Part shown: positions 12,001 through 22,866 of the stretch, in pieces
Layout: every line of letters begins with the position of its first letter
Numbering within the stretch: position 1 is the first letter of the stretch
Assembly: GCA_903813345.2 (NCBI GenBank)
Contig: CAIIXF020000001.1
Coordinates: 21,700,001-21,764,000, forward strand
Direction of reading: 5' to 3'
Source: Owenia fusiformis
Lineage: Eukaryota
DNA length: 64,000 nt
Translations under genes and position numbers: made by a program
Notes under the pieces: model-generated
What the model was told of the DNA's origin: nothing
The model's database searches: none
The model's input: the letters and a program-made list of their open reading frames with translations, nothing else

Positions 12001-15000
12001 TTTTGTTGCTCAAGCTAGGATATTGTGATAGAATTATGTTTCATTGATTGCAGAATATTTGTTTCTCCTACTGATATATATTAATGTTGCTCTTTCCCAA
12101 AAAATGAGTGCAGATAGACAATGTCTGGTTGGAGTGCTACACAAGGTTCTTGTCACATGCTCACTTTGTCACGAAACATGGCATATGTGCTCTTTTTCAC
12201 AGAACAAAATTTTTCAGAACGCAGTCAATTTATTTCTGTATTTATTTATTTATTGTATGTTTTACTGTATCTAAAGAGTCAATAAAAGATATATGTATTC
12301 ACACCCGGTAATCGTAAGAAATGAACGGAGGGGGGAGTATCTGATTTTTGCTAGAAAATTCAACAAATCTGAAAGATTTATTTTTTCAAGAGAAAGTTTA
12401 CGATTGAATTGCTAAATGAATAGGTGCAGAACTCTGGGAAGTATGTTAGGTCTTGTCGGATTTCTTTTGAACTGATGGGCTTCTAAGATATAAGACCTAT
12501 TAAAAAAGGCACAGCGTCGCCAATGTGCAAATGGCAAGGTTTCTGCTATAAATCCAGCAATAAGGGTCTACACAACCTGTGATAATACTTGTTAGTGACC
12601 TTATTATCACAAAGCTATTGTCATTGTTGTTTTTTTTAAATACGTTACCATACGTTATATAAAAAATAAACAAAAATAATAGATTTTGAATGGAGGGGGG
12701 ACTGAACGGAGGGGGGGGGGGGTAATGTATGTATAAGGCATGTGATAAGAGATGTAACTTGATTTTATTTTGAATAATTCCAAATGTCCCTTTTTTCACT
12801 CTTCAGAGTTGTAATATCCAGTTGTTACTGAGTCACTGCAGTTCATTTTTCAAATACACAAATTCGTGGAAATTTCTTCCACCTTAAAGTCATATTACTC
12901 CCCCCTCCCTTCACTCCCCCTCCATTCGATTTTAATTATTTTCGATTATTTTTTTATCTAACGTATGGAAATATTTTGCGATAAAAAAAAGATCTTATAT
13001 CTTAGAAGCATATTGGTTCAAAAAAAATCTGAGAAGACCTAACATATTTCACCGTGTACTGCACCTACCGTATTCTCTGTAATTAGCGCCCAGGGCGTTT
13101 AGAAAATTGAAAATACATTATTTAGACCATTCTAATAAGCGCCCATGTATGAAAGAAATCAGAAATCCCGAGGAATTTCATGTATGGCAATTTTTCTTGA
13201 CAAGAATGCATTTTCTTCAACATATTTTTATAATAATATGACAAGTGCTGTTATTGGAGAGAATACGGTAAAGATCGCTTAGACAATATTGACAGTGGTT
13301 GAAGACCCGTCTATGTCTAATTTATTTCCGGCACGCCCACTTTGTCATTATCGCCGATTACCTTCAATATGTCCACTAGAGACTGCTGGATATCGATCTA
13401 AAGTTATACATTATTTCTAATTTGATGAGAGATCATCATTATTCGTGCAAAAGTCGTGTAAAAGTCGAGAAACATTAAAAAGAAACCAGAAAGTTCACGA
13501 CCTTGACATGCGCAGAACATCTGCGCAGTAGCTTTTGAAATTTCTGAATGCCGATAAAGAACAATTCCTTCATTCATTATGGATTATTATGATTCCTCGA
13601 TGTTTCTTGAACTTTGTGAAGCGGGGTGGGCACTTATTAGAGAGTGGGCGGTAATTACAGAGAATACGGTATTCATTTAGCCATTCAATTGTTAACTTTC
13701 TTTTGAAAAATAAATCTTCCAGATTTGATGAATTTTCTAGCAAAAATCATCTGCTCCCCCTCCGTTCATTTCTTCCGATCACCGGGGGTGGTATATATCA
13801 TTTGATTTTCTTCATGCTTGTTTCCTTGGAAATTTTAAAGTATATGTGTTGCTCTCAACACCGAGTATAGGTTTGATAAAGTAGTGAGTAAACATTCTTA
13901 CTCGTGTAAAACCGCACTTCTCGTAGATTTTCATTGCACTTTGTTGATATATAGTCGTAAATAGTACCAACTCATTATATTTATTCTTTTCATGATAGTC
14001 TATTACAAAATTAACCATCAATTCAGCTAGTCCATTGCGCCTGTAATCAGTTGCTACAACCACACGCGTAAGTTCACCTCGCTTGCCAACATCCAGTTCA
14101 TGTACACCAATAGAGCCAATAAGTTTCCCCCTGTGGAAGAGCAGCCATAATTTATGGTCATGTTCAGTCCAATATTCTACAAAATTGTGATAATCGCTCA
14201 GTTTGGACAGCTCCCAAAGTAGAACACCCCATACTAACAAGAAATACAATATGGAGTATAACCCCAACAGGAATATGAGTGCGTTCATCAATGAGTGTCT
14301 CATTTGGTATAAGGTTCCAGCTGCTAGTAATGCTAATACACTGCTAACCATTGGATGGAATAATTTGCCTTTCATCATTATTGGAACTGGTTCTGTGTAT
14401 GAGGTTAAGGCCATTTTCTTCACTTCTTCCCAGTTGTTTATATTTGGGTCAAACAGGCATATCTCAAGTTCATCTCGTTTTACTTTTATTGGTGGTTTGT
14501 TGCTCATGTTGAATAGACCTAACATTGTGCCTGTAAATGTAATCATATGTGATTTGTTTTCCCTCATTTTTTTTGAATATGATATTTTATCAAATATACA
14601 CTTTGGTTTCTCATGAAATATGACGAGAAAATTAAGCAGTTTGAAACTAAAATGTAAACTAAATAGACCGATTCCATAAAGACAAGTTATTTTTATTTTG
14701 TTGCTCAAGCTAGGAAATTGTGATAGAATTATGTTTCATTGATTGCAGAATATTTGTTTCTCGTACTGTTATATATTAATGTTGCCCTCTCCCCAAAATT
14801 GAGTGCAAATATACTATGTCTGTCTGATTGGAGTGGTACACAATGGCTTTGAAGTCTATATCTCAAAAGTTTAGGATAAAAGCTGTGATCACAGTATTGT
14901 TGCACAGTAACTTAATAGAAATGTTATACTTACATTTAATCACTAAACCAGGTCAGTGTCCCTTCAGGATTTACTTTTTTATAATAATCTGTTACCAAAA

Positions 15001-18000
15001 AGTCTTTACTTGGCGCTCATACAATGTAGAGATCTTGTAAAAATGACAATGTTTATTAAAGTGTGCTTTTGACCTATATTTTGCTGATAAACCTTGCTCA
15101 GGTTCTTGTCACATGCTCACTTTGTCATGAAACATGACATATGTGCTCCTTATCATAGAACAAAATTTTTCAGAACACAGTCAATTTATTTCTGTATAAA
15201 AACCCTTTGTGTAAATGAACACTTTTCGTGGTCCCATATTATTCATTATACACAGGTTTTAATGTATCTAAAGAGTCAATAAAAGATATATGTATATTTC
15301 TTCCGATCACCGGGCGTGGTATATATCATTTGATTTTCTCTATGCTTGTTTCCTTGGAAATTTTAAAGTATATGTGTTGCTCTCAACACCCAATATAGGT
15401 TTGATAAAGTAGTGAGTAAACATTCTAACTCGTGTAAAACCGCACTTCTCGTAGATTTTCATTGCACTTTGTTGATATATAGTCGTATATAGTACCAACT
15501 CATTATATATTTTTTTTTCATGATAGTCTATTACAAAATTAACCATCAATTCAGCTAGTCCATTTCGCCTGTAATCAGTTGCTACAACCACACGCGTAAG
15601 TTCACCTCGCTTGCCAACATCCAGTTCATTTACACCAATAGAGCCAATAAGTTTCCCCCTATGGAAGAGCAGCCATAATTTATGGTCAGGTCCTATCCAG
15701 TATTCTACGAAATTGTGATATTCACTCAGTTTGTACATCTCCCAAAGTGGAATTCCCCATATTAGTAAGAAATACAGTATGGAGTATAACCCCAACAGGA
15801 ATATGAGTCCATTCATCAATGAGTGTCTCATTTGGTGTAAGATTCCAGCTGCTAGTAATGCTAATACACTGCTAACCTTTGGATTGAATAGTTGGCCTTT
15901 CATGATTATTGGAATTACCTCTGTGTAGGGGACTAAGGTCATTTTCTTTACTTCTTCCCAGTTGTCTTTGTTTGGATCAAACAGGCGTATCTCAAGTTCA
16001 TCTCGTTTGACTTTTATTTGTAGTTTGTTACTCACGTTGAATAGACCTAACATTGTGCCTGTAAATAATCATTATGTGATTCGTTTTCCCTCATTTATTT
16101 TTTACTTTTATTGGTGGTTTGTTGTTGATGTTGAATAGGTCTAACATTGTGCATGTAAATATAATGAAGCAGATTTTGTAAACCTTGACTATAAGACGTG
16201 TCTGAGTATGATAAAGTATCGTGAAAAAATTATTATTAAAGTATTATCAAAAAAGCAGTGATCATGTTGTCATAGTGCAGTATTTTAGTCATCATGTTAT
16301 ACTTACATCAAATCACTAAATCAGGTCAGTCTCCCTTCAGCATTTACTTTTTTATTTTTTATAAATACCTGTTACTAAAAATCTTATCGTCTCTCATAAA
16401 ATAAAGACTGTGTATAAATGACCTTGAATATCAGACATGTCTCAGTATTGGGACAGCTTGGCCTATATTTTGCAGATGTCTTATTTAAAATATATTTACC
16501 TCTAAGTCCCAAATGTTCAGGATGACTTTCAAAAAGCAGTGATCATGGTGTCATAGTGTCATTGTCTCTCATAAAAATAGAGATTTTGTTAAAATGACCT
16601 TGAGTATCAGACATGTCTAAGTATGATAAAGTATTGTGTCAGCTTGGTCTATTTTTTCGTAGTCACATAATTCGCCTAGTCAAGTAGCATGAGAGTATAC
16701 CAAGGACATGTTGTCCTATCAATGGTGATACAATTGTGCCACATAAACAGTACATAATGTAAAATGAATTGACAAAATTCGAAACTTGACATTCTAATGA
16801 AAATGACCTTTTTGATTTTATTGATCAAATACTTAAAATGGTTTAAGAACCTGGCTGAAAATCATCTTGCCCATCAAACAAAATCTGTACAGTTATGTTG
16901 TATTCTTTGTAAAATCAATAAATTATACCTTAATCGCCTACTCCCCCCTCCATCCTTTTTGTACGATCACCGGGCGTGACAGTTGTACATGTTTATCAAA
17001 AGATGCCACACAAATTATTTGAAACTTCATATGGCTTAAGTATCATTGCTCAACATCTTGGTGATCACACAGGTAAAAAAGTATATCTGGGTCATAAAAA
17101 ATGAATTGATTTTAGATCTTGAATAAAAAAAGTATTTAAAAACACCAATCGTATCATAATCAACATTGAATGAATCATTTACATTGGAATTTCTCCTTGA
17201 CAACAAGTGTGACCTCATTTCATATTGTGATTCATCCCACTTCTTGATATAATGATGGAGTCATTGTGTGAAAGCTTGCCTTGATGACCTTTTCCAGTGA
17301 AATGAAATGTTTTGTTATTTTGAAATGCTTTGACCAGAATTAATGTTGTTATCAAACTGACAGATCTTTACTGAAAAATATTCAATATCAATTTTATGGT
17401 AACAGATAGTGATTTTTTAATTAAATTACTTGTAGATATTTGCTGATATATGAATGTATCTGGAATATTAGCTATATCCAGTATTTCAGTTTGAATTAAG
17501 TAGTTGTATTTTAACAGTCATCTTCCATGTGGTAAGGTTAAGGCAAAGAGAAAAACTAGAGAATGTAAAATGTAAGATTGTAATATATGATGTATATCTT
17601 ATCGAGGGGGGGAGATTTCCAAAATATGACGCTTTGGTATTTGCACGTTCAATAACCAATTTTATAAACACCTCATTTGCCATTGAAATGAATCTCACAA
17701 TCTTCCCTTTTTTATGAGTATTCCCTACAACTTCGAGTAACTTCAAAACTATTACTGCAGTTTTGAAATAAACACCCTATCCACAATTTCACATTTTACT
17801 TTGTGCATCCACAGCACTGAGAGAGCACATGCACATGATTGTTCATATGATCACATCCTGCAATTTGATTGGACATCATATACTGTGGGATCCCTGAATA
17901 CGATAAGATATGAAAGAATTGTGGGAGCTACTCACTCCTTCTGTATCATATCAGAACTTTTTGATTTTATGCTTGCCCCGAGTCATGCATTCAAGTGCAT

Positions 18001-18352
18001 TGAATAAAGAGGTAAATCAGAGAATGCATATAGACAATGAGTGTACATGTATATGAATTTTACATTTGTCCTTAAAATGTCAAAATGACACAAGAATTTT
18101 ATGATATAAACCTAATACTATTTTTGTGTTCATCTGTTCCAGGTCACATCAAGGTGGACTTTTAGATGCCCAGGGTGTCCTAAAGCTTTATCCGTGGAAG
18201 ACTCCCACTTTCACGAACGGCACAAATGTATGAACTTTTTTGTGAAGATATATGGATACATGCCTTTGCTGTATACTCAATTCAGAGTTGACTCGGTGCT
18301 CTTTAAAACAAGAATTCCCCACGACAAACAGAAATGCTTTAAGTTTATATAA
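3018..18352 (+). CDS. EXTL3: Exostosin-like 3 (EXTL3/botv), alpha-1,4-GlcNAc transferase of heparan sulfate synthesis; 7 coding exons, 968 aa
   Basis: Exons 3018-5055, 5512-5613, 6336-6490, 6714-6841, 7440-7584, 7813-7941 and 18143-18352 are all GT-AG and phase-consistent (2907 nt). Strong Kozak context (ccgccATGG). N-terminal TM, coiled coil and GT47 domain, then a GT64 domain closely matching recalled EXTL3 sequence ([56 protein letters not shown], ...KCFKFI*). The first coding exon begins at an acceptor at 2903, so a non-coding exon lies upstream. Confidence 0.97.
5785..6200. mobile_element. About 415-bp near-perfect palindromic (foldback) MITE in EXTL3 intron 2
   Basis: cacgcggtcctaacttcgaccgttaatttgaatttttgacctacc is mirrored by ggtaggtcaaaaattcaaattaacagtcgaattagtaccgcgtg. 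Arms pair all the way to the centre ggtccccagctgt..acagctggggacc. Confidence 0.85.
7915..8145 (+). repeat. 39-bp minisatellite (about 6 units) spanning the EXTL3 exon 6 splice donor
   Basis: GT donor-like sites recur at 7942 (real), 7980, 8019, 8058, 8097 and 8136; the first period is 38 bp, the rest 39 bp. Confidence 0.9.
8429..9142 (-). CDS. Camello/NAT8-like GNAT N-acetyltransferase, copy 1 (237 aa), nested antisense in EXTL3 intron 6
   Basis: Single coding exon after the acceptor tttacag|gcacaATG. An internal hydrophobic segment is followed by a GNAT domain: GELTRVVV, acetyl-CoA motif DYRGNGLA, and [13 protein letters not shown]. Confidence 0.88.
   Translation of the reverse strand: MLGLFNMSNKPPIRVKRDELEIRLFDPNIDNWEEVKKMALTSYTEPVPIMMKGKLFHPKVSSVLALLAAGTLYQMRHSLMNGLIFLLGLYSILYFLLVWGVLLWELSKLSDYHNFVEYWTEHDHKLWLLFHRGKLIGSIGVNELDVGKRGELTRVVVATDYRGNGLADLMVNFVIDYCKKYNYDELMLRTSVHQQSAMRVYEKCGFTRVRMFTHWFIEPILGVQSNIYNIKLQKKQT
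9100..9360 (-). repeat. Triplicated 97-98-bp module containing the NAT acceptor and start codon
   Basis: acag|gcacaATGttag occurs with AG at 9148, 9246 and 9343. Similar doublets lie upstream of copies 2 and 4. Confidence 0.85.
9800..11746 (-). pseudogene. NAT8-like copy 2 pseudogene
   Basis: ATG at 11746. The ORF is split after about 12 codons by the 10081-11710 insertion. There is a 1-bp deletion near 10054 (ggcgtactcaag vs ggcgtatctcaag). Homology stops near 9800, so the whole GNAT domain is missing. Confidence 0.9.
10081..11710 (+). mobile_element. Non-autonomous Helentron-like element (HINE/DINE-type) with internal satellite, copy A
   Basis: Two terminal hairpin modules (atgtcaccac-caaaa-gtggtgacat), a ggcggttggcgtcc microsatellite, about 10 monomers of about 129-148 bp, the subterminal inverted repeat ggtggtgacat, and a ...gccttgt end. 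Paralog comparison shows insertion in a T-run with no evident TSD. Confidence 0.85.
12300..13790. mobile_element. Non-autonomous TIR element with CAC...GTG termini and long TIRs, downstream of NAT copy 3
   Basis: cacacccggtaatcgtaagaaatgaacggagggg pairs with cccctccgttcatttcttccgatcaccgggggtg, and the arms continue for more than 150 bp. Flanks gtatt/gtata suggest a 5-bp TSD. Terminal remnants of the same family occur at about 15296-15318 and 16930-16978. Confidence 0.75.
13068..13669. mobile_element. Tc1/mariner-type MITE nested in the right TIR of the preceding element
   Basis: TIRs ccgtattctctgtaattagcgccc and gggcggtaattacagagaatacgg, flanked by TA on both sides. Removing it restores gcaccta|ttcatttag, the inverse of the left arm. 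Confidence 0.85.
13812..14525 (-). CDS. Camello/NAT8-like GNAT N-acetyltransferase, copy 3 (237 aa)
   Basis: Same acceptor-ATG context and 714-nt length as copies 1 and 4; DYRRNGLA motif. Confidence 0.88.
   Translation of the reverse strand: MLGLFNMSNKPPIKVKRDELEICLFDPNINNWEEVKKMALTSYTEPVPIMMKGKLFHPMVSSVLALLAAGTLYQMRHSLMNALIFLLGLYSILYFLLVWGVLLWELSKLSDYHNFVEYWTEHDHKLWLLFHRGKLIGSIGVHELDVGKRGELTRVVVATDYRRNGLAELMVNFVIDYHEKNKYNELVLFTTIYQQSAMKIYEKCGFTRVRMFTHYFIKPILGVESNTYTLKFPRKQA
15340..16053 (-). CDS. Camello/NAT8-like GNAT N-acetyltransferase, copy 4 (237 aa)
   Basis: Intact 714-nt ORF paralogous to copies 1 and 3. Confidence 0.88.
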   Translation of the reverse strand: MLGLFNVSNKLQIKVKRDELEIRLFDPNKDNWEEVKKMTLVPYTEVIPIIMKGQLFNPKVSSVLALLAAGILHQMRHSLMNGLIFLLGLYSILYFLLIWGIPLWEMYKLSEYHNFVEYWIGPDHKLWLLFHRGKLIGSIGVNELDVGKRGELTRVVVATDYRRNGLAELMVNFVIDYHEKKIYNELVLYTTIYQQSAMKIYEKCGFTRVRMFTHYFIKPILGVESNTYTLKFPRKQA

Positions 18353-19698
18353 CATATGATCTATGGTCTGATGTGATGCTTTTGTGGCATGTTCAATAAA
18401 TTAATGTATCTTTTGCAAATGATGTTGATGCAATTGATGTGTGTCTCAAACATTTTATAATGGCTAAAGAAACTGCATTTGAGGCATTTAAGTATGGGCT
18501 TTCAAAAGTATGGGCATTTGGTCTTTCAAGAGAAAAATCCATGCTTTTGAATGTCATTGGTTTATGATTAGCTTTAGTATGATGATAAGTTTATATATGT
18601 GTGTGACAAACTTATGTGTAAACTGTTAAATATTAATTTGTACAATTTAGTTTGAAAAGCCTTAAGTTAAAGGTGCTTCATCATCGGACATATTGGTTGA
18701 CTCCCTCATGGCTCTATATGGCAGTAATTTCTGTTATGAGAAGTAAAAGTGAAAAAATATGTAAAAACTATTATTTTGTGATGAAAATGATTTCCCATCA
18801 TTCTGTCTGTTTCCTTTGTATCATGACAATGTGTTGTCTGTCTTATGTAAAACATGTGAAATTTGTAAAAATGCTACAGAATTATTACTGTAAACTGTAA
18901 TGTTTTACTAAGATTTTTTTTATTTACCCATAATATAATATAAGCCCCATATAATATGGGGTTATTTTCATATGTATATACAAATATGTAAAATAAAGCG
19001 TTTGTAATGTACACTGTTATACAAAACTGTGGTATGTTGGACATGTTTCATGAAATGTGGATCTTTGCTACTGCAATATAGTTCAGTGTTACACTCCCCT
19101 CCAAAAGTTTGGCAACTGAAAGTTACCTTTAAATATCAGATAAAAACAGATTTTAAAACTCTATTCAATAGGAAGCAACTGATAAGCTCTCTATGAAATA
19201 TGAATTTGTGTTACTTTAAATATGGATATTTTTTCACTTACATATGCCAAACATGCCATGATGTACACTCTGATTTGAGAGAAAAAATGAAATCTAAGAG
19301 AAGGTAAATATTTTAAATATTTTAGTGAAAAATAGAGAAATAGAGTATAAATAGATTCATATTAGATAGTCATCTAAATAATACTTTATTACTACTGGTG
19401 TACATAGGCAAAATGGTTTAATGATACCTCCGTGTGTTTTGTGCAATATGACTATACATGTATAGTACTGTGTTACATACCTAGTGAAGCATTTGTATGG
19501 AAGTCAATGGAAAAGTGAGTGGGCTATACCACTGATATTGCCCAATTACCCCGATATAGCCTGCTTACCTCATTTTAATATTAGATTTCGTTAATAACCA
19601 TGACAATGTCATGATGTCATTTTTCATTTCGATCAGATTCTACTCGCACATGTCATTCATACAAAGAAGCCATGGGAATAAAGGTATCTCAAACATCA

Positions 19699-19810
19699 GT
19701 TATGTCACTATAACGTGAAATATGCCTTCGTTCTTTCCCAAATATAGAGCCTTCCAAAGTAGGCCTATATTGGGAGAACTCAGGCATATTTCATGTAATA
19801 GTGACATAAC
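19699..19810. repeat. Imperfect palindrome of about 110 bp
   Basis: gttatgtcactataacgtgaaatatgcct is inverted to aggcatatttcatgtaatagtgacataac. Confidence 0.7.
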
Positions 19811-21696
19811 CTTTCAATATATATAGGTCATTTCAATGTAGTCAATCTCAAATGAAATAATCTGGAGGTCATTAACAGAAACTTCATAAATATGTGAATT
19901 CATAAATCAATTGTTGTTACCATGGACATAGTGACGTCACAGTAAGAGAACAATGGACTTTACGAATTCTTAACTTTACGAAGTTTATGTTAATGGCCCC
20001 CTGGCTATTACACAATGTACATTTGTTGTGTTGGATGAACTAAGAAAATAATTGTTAATATATAGTTAAACCCATTAATTCAAACACCACTGGGACTGGC
20101 CAAAAGTGTCTTTTAATGTGGAAGATGGGACCAAAAAATTTCTCACATTAAGAGATGTTCAGAATAAAGTGGTGTTCAGTGTACAGGTTTTACTCTCAAG
20201 AAGTTAACTTAAAATGGTATCATGACACTGACAATTGATGGGATTTATATGGGAATTACAATTATATGTACAATTATGTAAATTAATATGTGTACTAAAT
20301 GGAATATGGATTGTGTTACATGAAACATAGATATACAATAACTTACACCATGGACAATGGCACAAAGAATATAAATCCATTAGATCTGTGTTTTATGAAA
20401 TATGGATTGGTGGATGTATGTTACAATAAAAGATGAATGTGTGTGAGACAGTAAATCTGGAATTTAATATAAAATGTAATTATGGATGTTAACTCTGGTC
20501 AGATGGCGTTGTTATTGTTTGCTAAATTCCTGACTATTTGGTGGTACATTCACGCATTCTGACATAACATTGCCCCACCTGTTGGACTAGGACTTTTCCT
20601 ATATAACCATATTAACAATGGTCATAGGCCTATCTTATTCTCATACTTATATGTGTGTGATCACCAGTAGATTGTCATTAGACAGTTAGATTAACAATTC
20701 TATCTCTGTGTACAGATTGCAATCATGACTCTGGATCCAGAGCATGTTATAGTGGCAATAAACAACAAACATTTTCATAAATTGTCTTCGTTATGTATGT
20801 TGTGTATGTTAATAGGAGAATAGTTGTAAGTTAGGGTGAAAATATGTTGAGAATATTTTTGTAATTTTCGTTGATTATAGTTACCATTATGGTGGGTAAT
20901 GTTTAAATAGGTGATATTTAAAAAAAAATTTATCTTGATATTAACACATCATTATAGAATGTATAGTTCAAAATGTTTCCTTAGAATTATGCTGAAATTA
21001 TATTTTCTTACGCAAACTTTTTTAAGACAAGAAACTAATCCACAACCATATAAAAACTTGCCATGCTTCAGAATGACCAAGACTTCAAATAAGAAAAGTT
21101 CATAAACAATGAAAATGTACAAAATATAAAGCATGTTTTCATGAGTACGGTAAAACTTGTAAACTGAAACACCCATTTTGAAGTGGAACACAACACCTAC
21201 TTTAAGTGGAACACTTTCCCATGCCTCATTATCTATTTAACGGAAACTGAAGCTTTTTGGAATAAATCTCCCTTTAGATATACAGTATGCCATAGGTTTC
21301 CCAGACAATCAGTGATGTCCCATTATAATTGGTTATGTAATATCCTACATACCTTAGATATTTCACAATAAATCCCCAATTCATTTCTTTACATTTACTT
21401 TGCCATTGAGCACTCATTCCCTTTTCACTTAATTCTATTAAACATTTTTCATTTCTATTCAAGAGTATTCCTTTTATACAACTTTAAACATTGTCAGAAT
21501 GTGCTTTTGTGCTTTTGTATTTAAATGATGTAAAAATGTTTTATTTATAACTTGTAGTCTTGAACCATCATCTTTTATAAAAATTAAAAGACATGTAATG
21601 ATATGTACATCCATCGGGTATTATGCATTATGGAGTTTTAAACTTTCATTTGTTAGTGCACCAAAAAACTTTAATCCATTAATGATTTTAAACAAT

Positions 21697-22050
21697 TAAA
21701 GGTACATTACGCCTTAGGTTTCTCCCCGGACAATCAGTGATATCCCATTATAATCCCAGAACAACCAACTGTCAGAATTGAACAATTGAGTTTGATTGCA
21801 GCAATCAAGGGAAACCCCTGTCATTTGACACAAGCGTCACCAAACTGGGCACATGCCTTGGGCCAGGCAGCCAATCAGATTCAAAGCCGGTTTTTATTTC
21901 AATGAAAAATAATTCGAGAGGTCAGCACAATCGCAAAGCATATAAAGAGGCGGATGGGGCTTCTTCATTGGTAAGCAAATAGGTGAATATGTGGTATGGC
22001 TCAACGTGCAATGAAGTCCAGGGGACCTTCATTGTGCTTTCCTATTGCAA
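21697..22050 (+). repeat. Degenerate copy of the dispersed element at 59135-59619; a further 5' fragment lies at about 21273-21370
   Basis: Shares taggtttctcccc..gacaatca.tgat, cagaacaaccaa, ccaggcagccaa, cagcacaatcgcaaa and ggtgaatatgtggt with the 59-kb copy. Confidence 0.7.
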
Positions 22051-22866
22051 CATTCTCATTAGGTCAATATTTTTTGGTGTCAAATATGTTTCACTTCAGT
22101 AGTTTTACTGTACATTCATGCATTTTCTTTAGCATTGCTGTAATATTGACCGCTTTGAAACTATAGTAAATGCCATGGTATAACTTTACCTCGAATGCCA
22201 TTTTTTCATTAAATTTTCATGGTCACGAAGAAATAAAATCTCTTCTGACCTTATTAATATCAATGATTAGTCATTTCACTGTACATAGAGAAGATAACCT
22301 ATATTTCATATATATTTCAATACAGTGTATGGTTGGAATAATGTGGTTAGCCATGCAGAAGGACAGCGTCCAAAACTAAAGCATATCTGGGGGCGACATA
22401 TGTAACTGACATAAACTAATATGTGGCTTTAACTGAAAATAATTTGATTTATTGGAACAAAGTTGTTCAATGATCCATTTAACGATCAAAAATTGATATT
22501 TATGTCAAATGGTTCATTTTTCAATAAAGGATGTAACAAAATTGAGTGCGGAATTTATTTTAACATTTAAGAGTGGAGTGTTCAACACATATGGTATATA
22601 ACTGTGAGATAAGCATCTATATGTGCATTCATATATTGATGGCAAACTGACACAAGGAGAATTAACAATACTAGCAAGGCTACTCCACAGTGTATGCAAG
22701 TACAGAACACCAAGTACAAATTGTTTAAATTTAAAGTATGATTTCATCTTTTGTAATTAAAATAACAGACACAATCGAAATCAGGATGTAGAACAGTAAC
22801 AATGGGGTATCATTTGGTATAAATCTCAATATCACTAAAATAGAGGATTGTTGTAGAAAGAATTAT

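Noticed and set aside
14526-14708. N-terminal extension of the 298-aa NAT ORF (and the 11 extra codons of the 248-aa ORF)
   Set aside because: Lies upstream of the conserved acceptor, is not shared among paralogs, and the longer one starts at a non-ATG codon.
8820-15928. Repeated + strand ORFs (8820, 9795, 14203, 15731)
   Set aside because: Antisense shadows of the NAT coding sequences.
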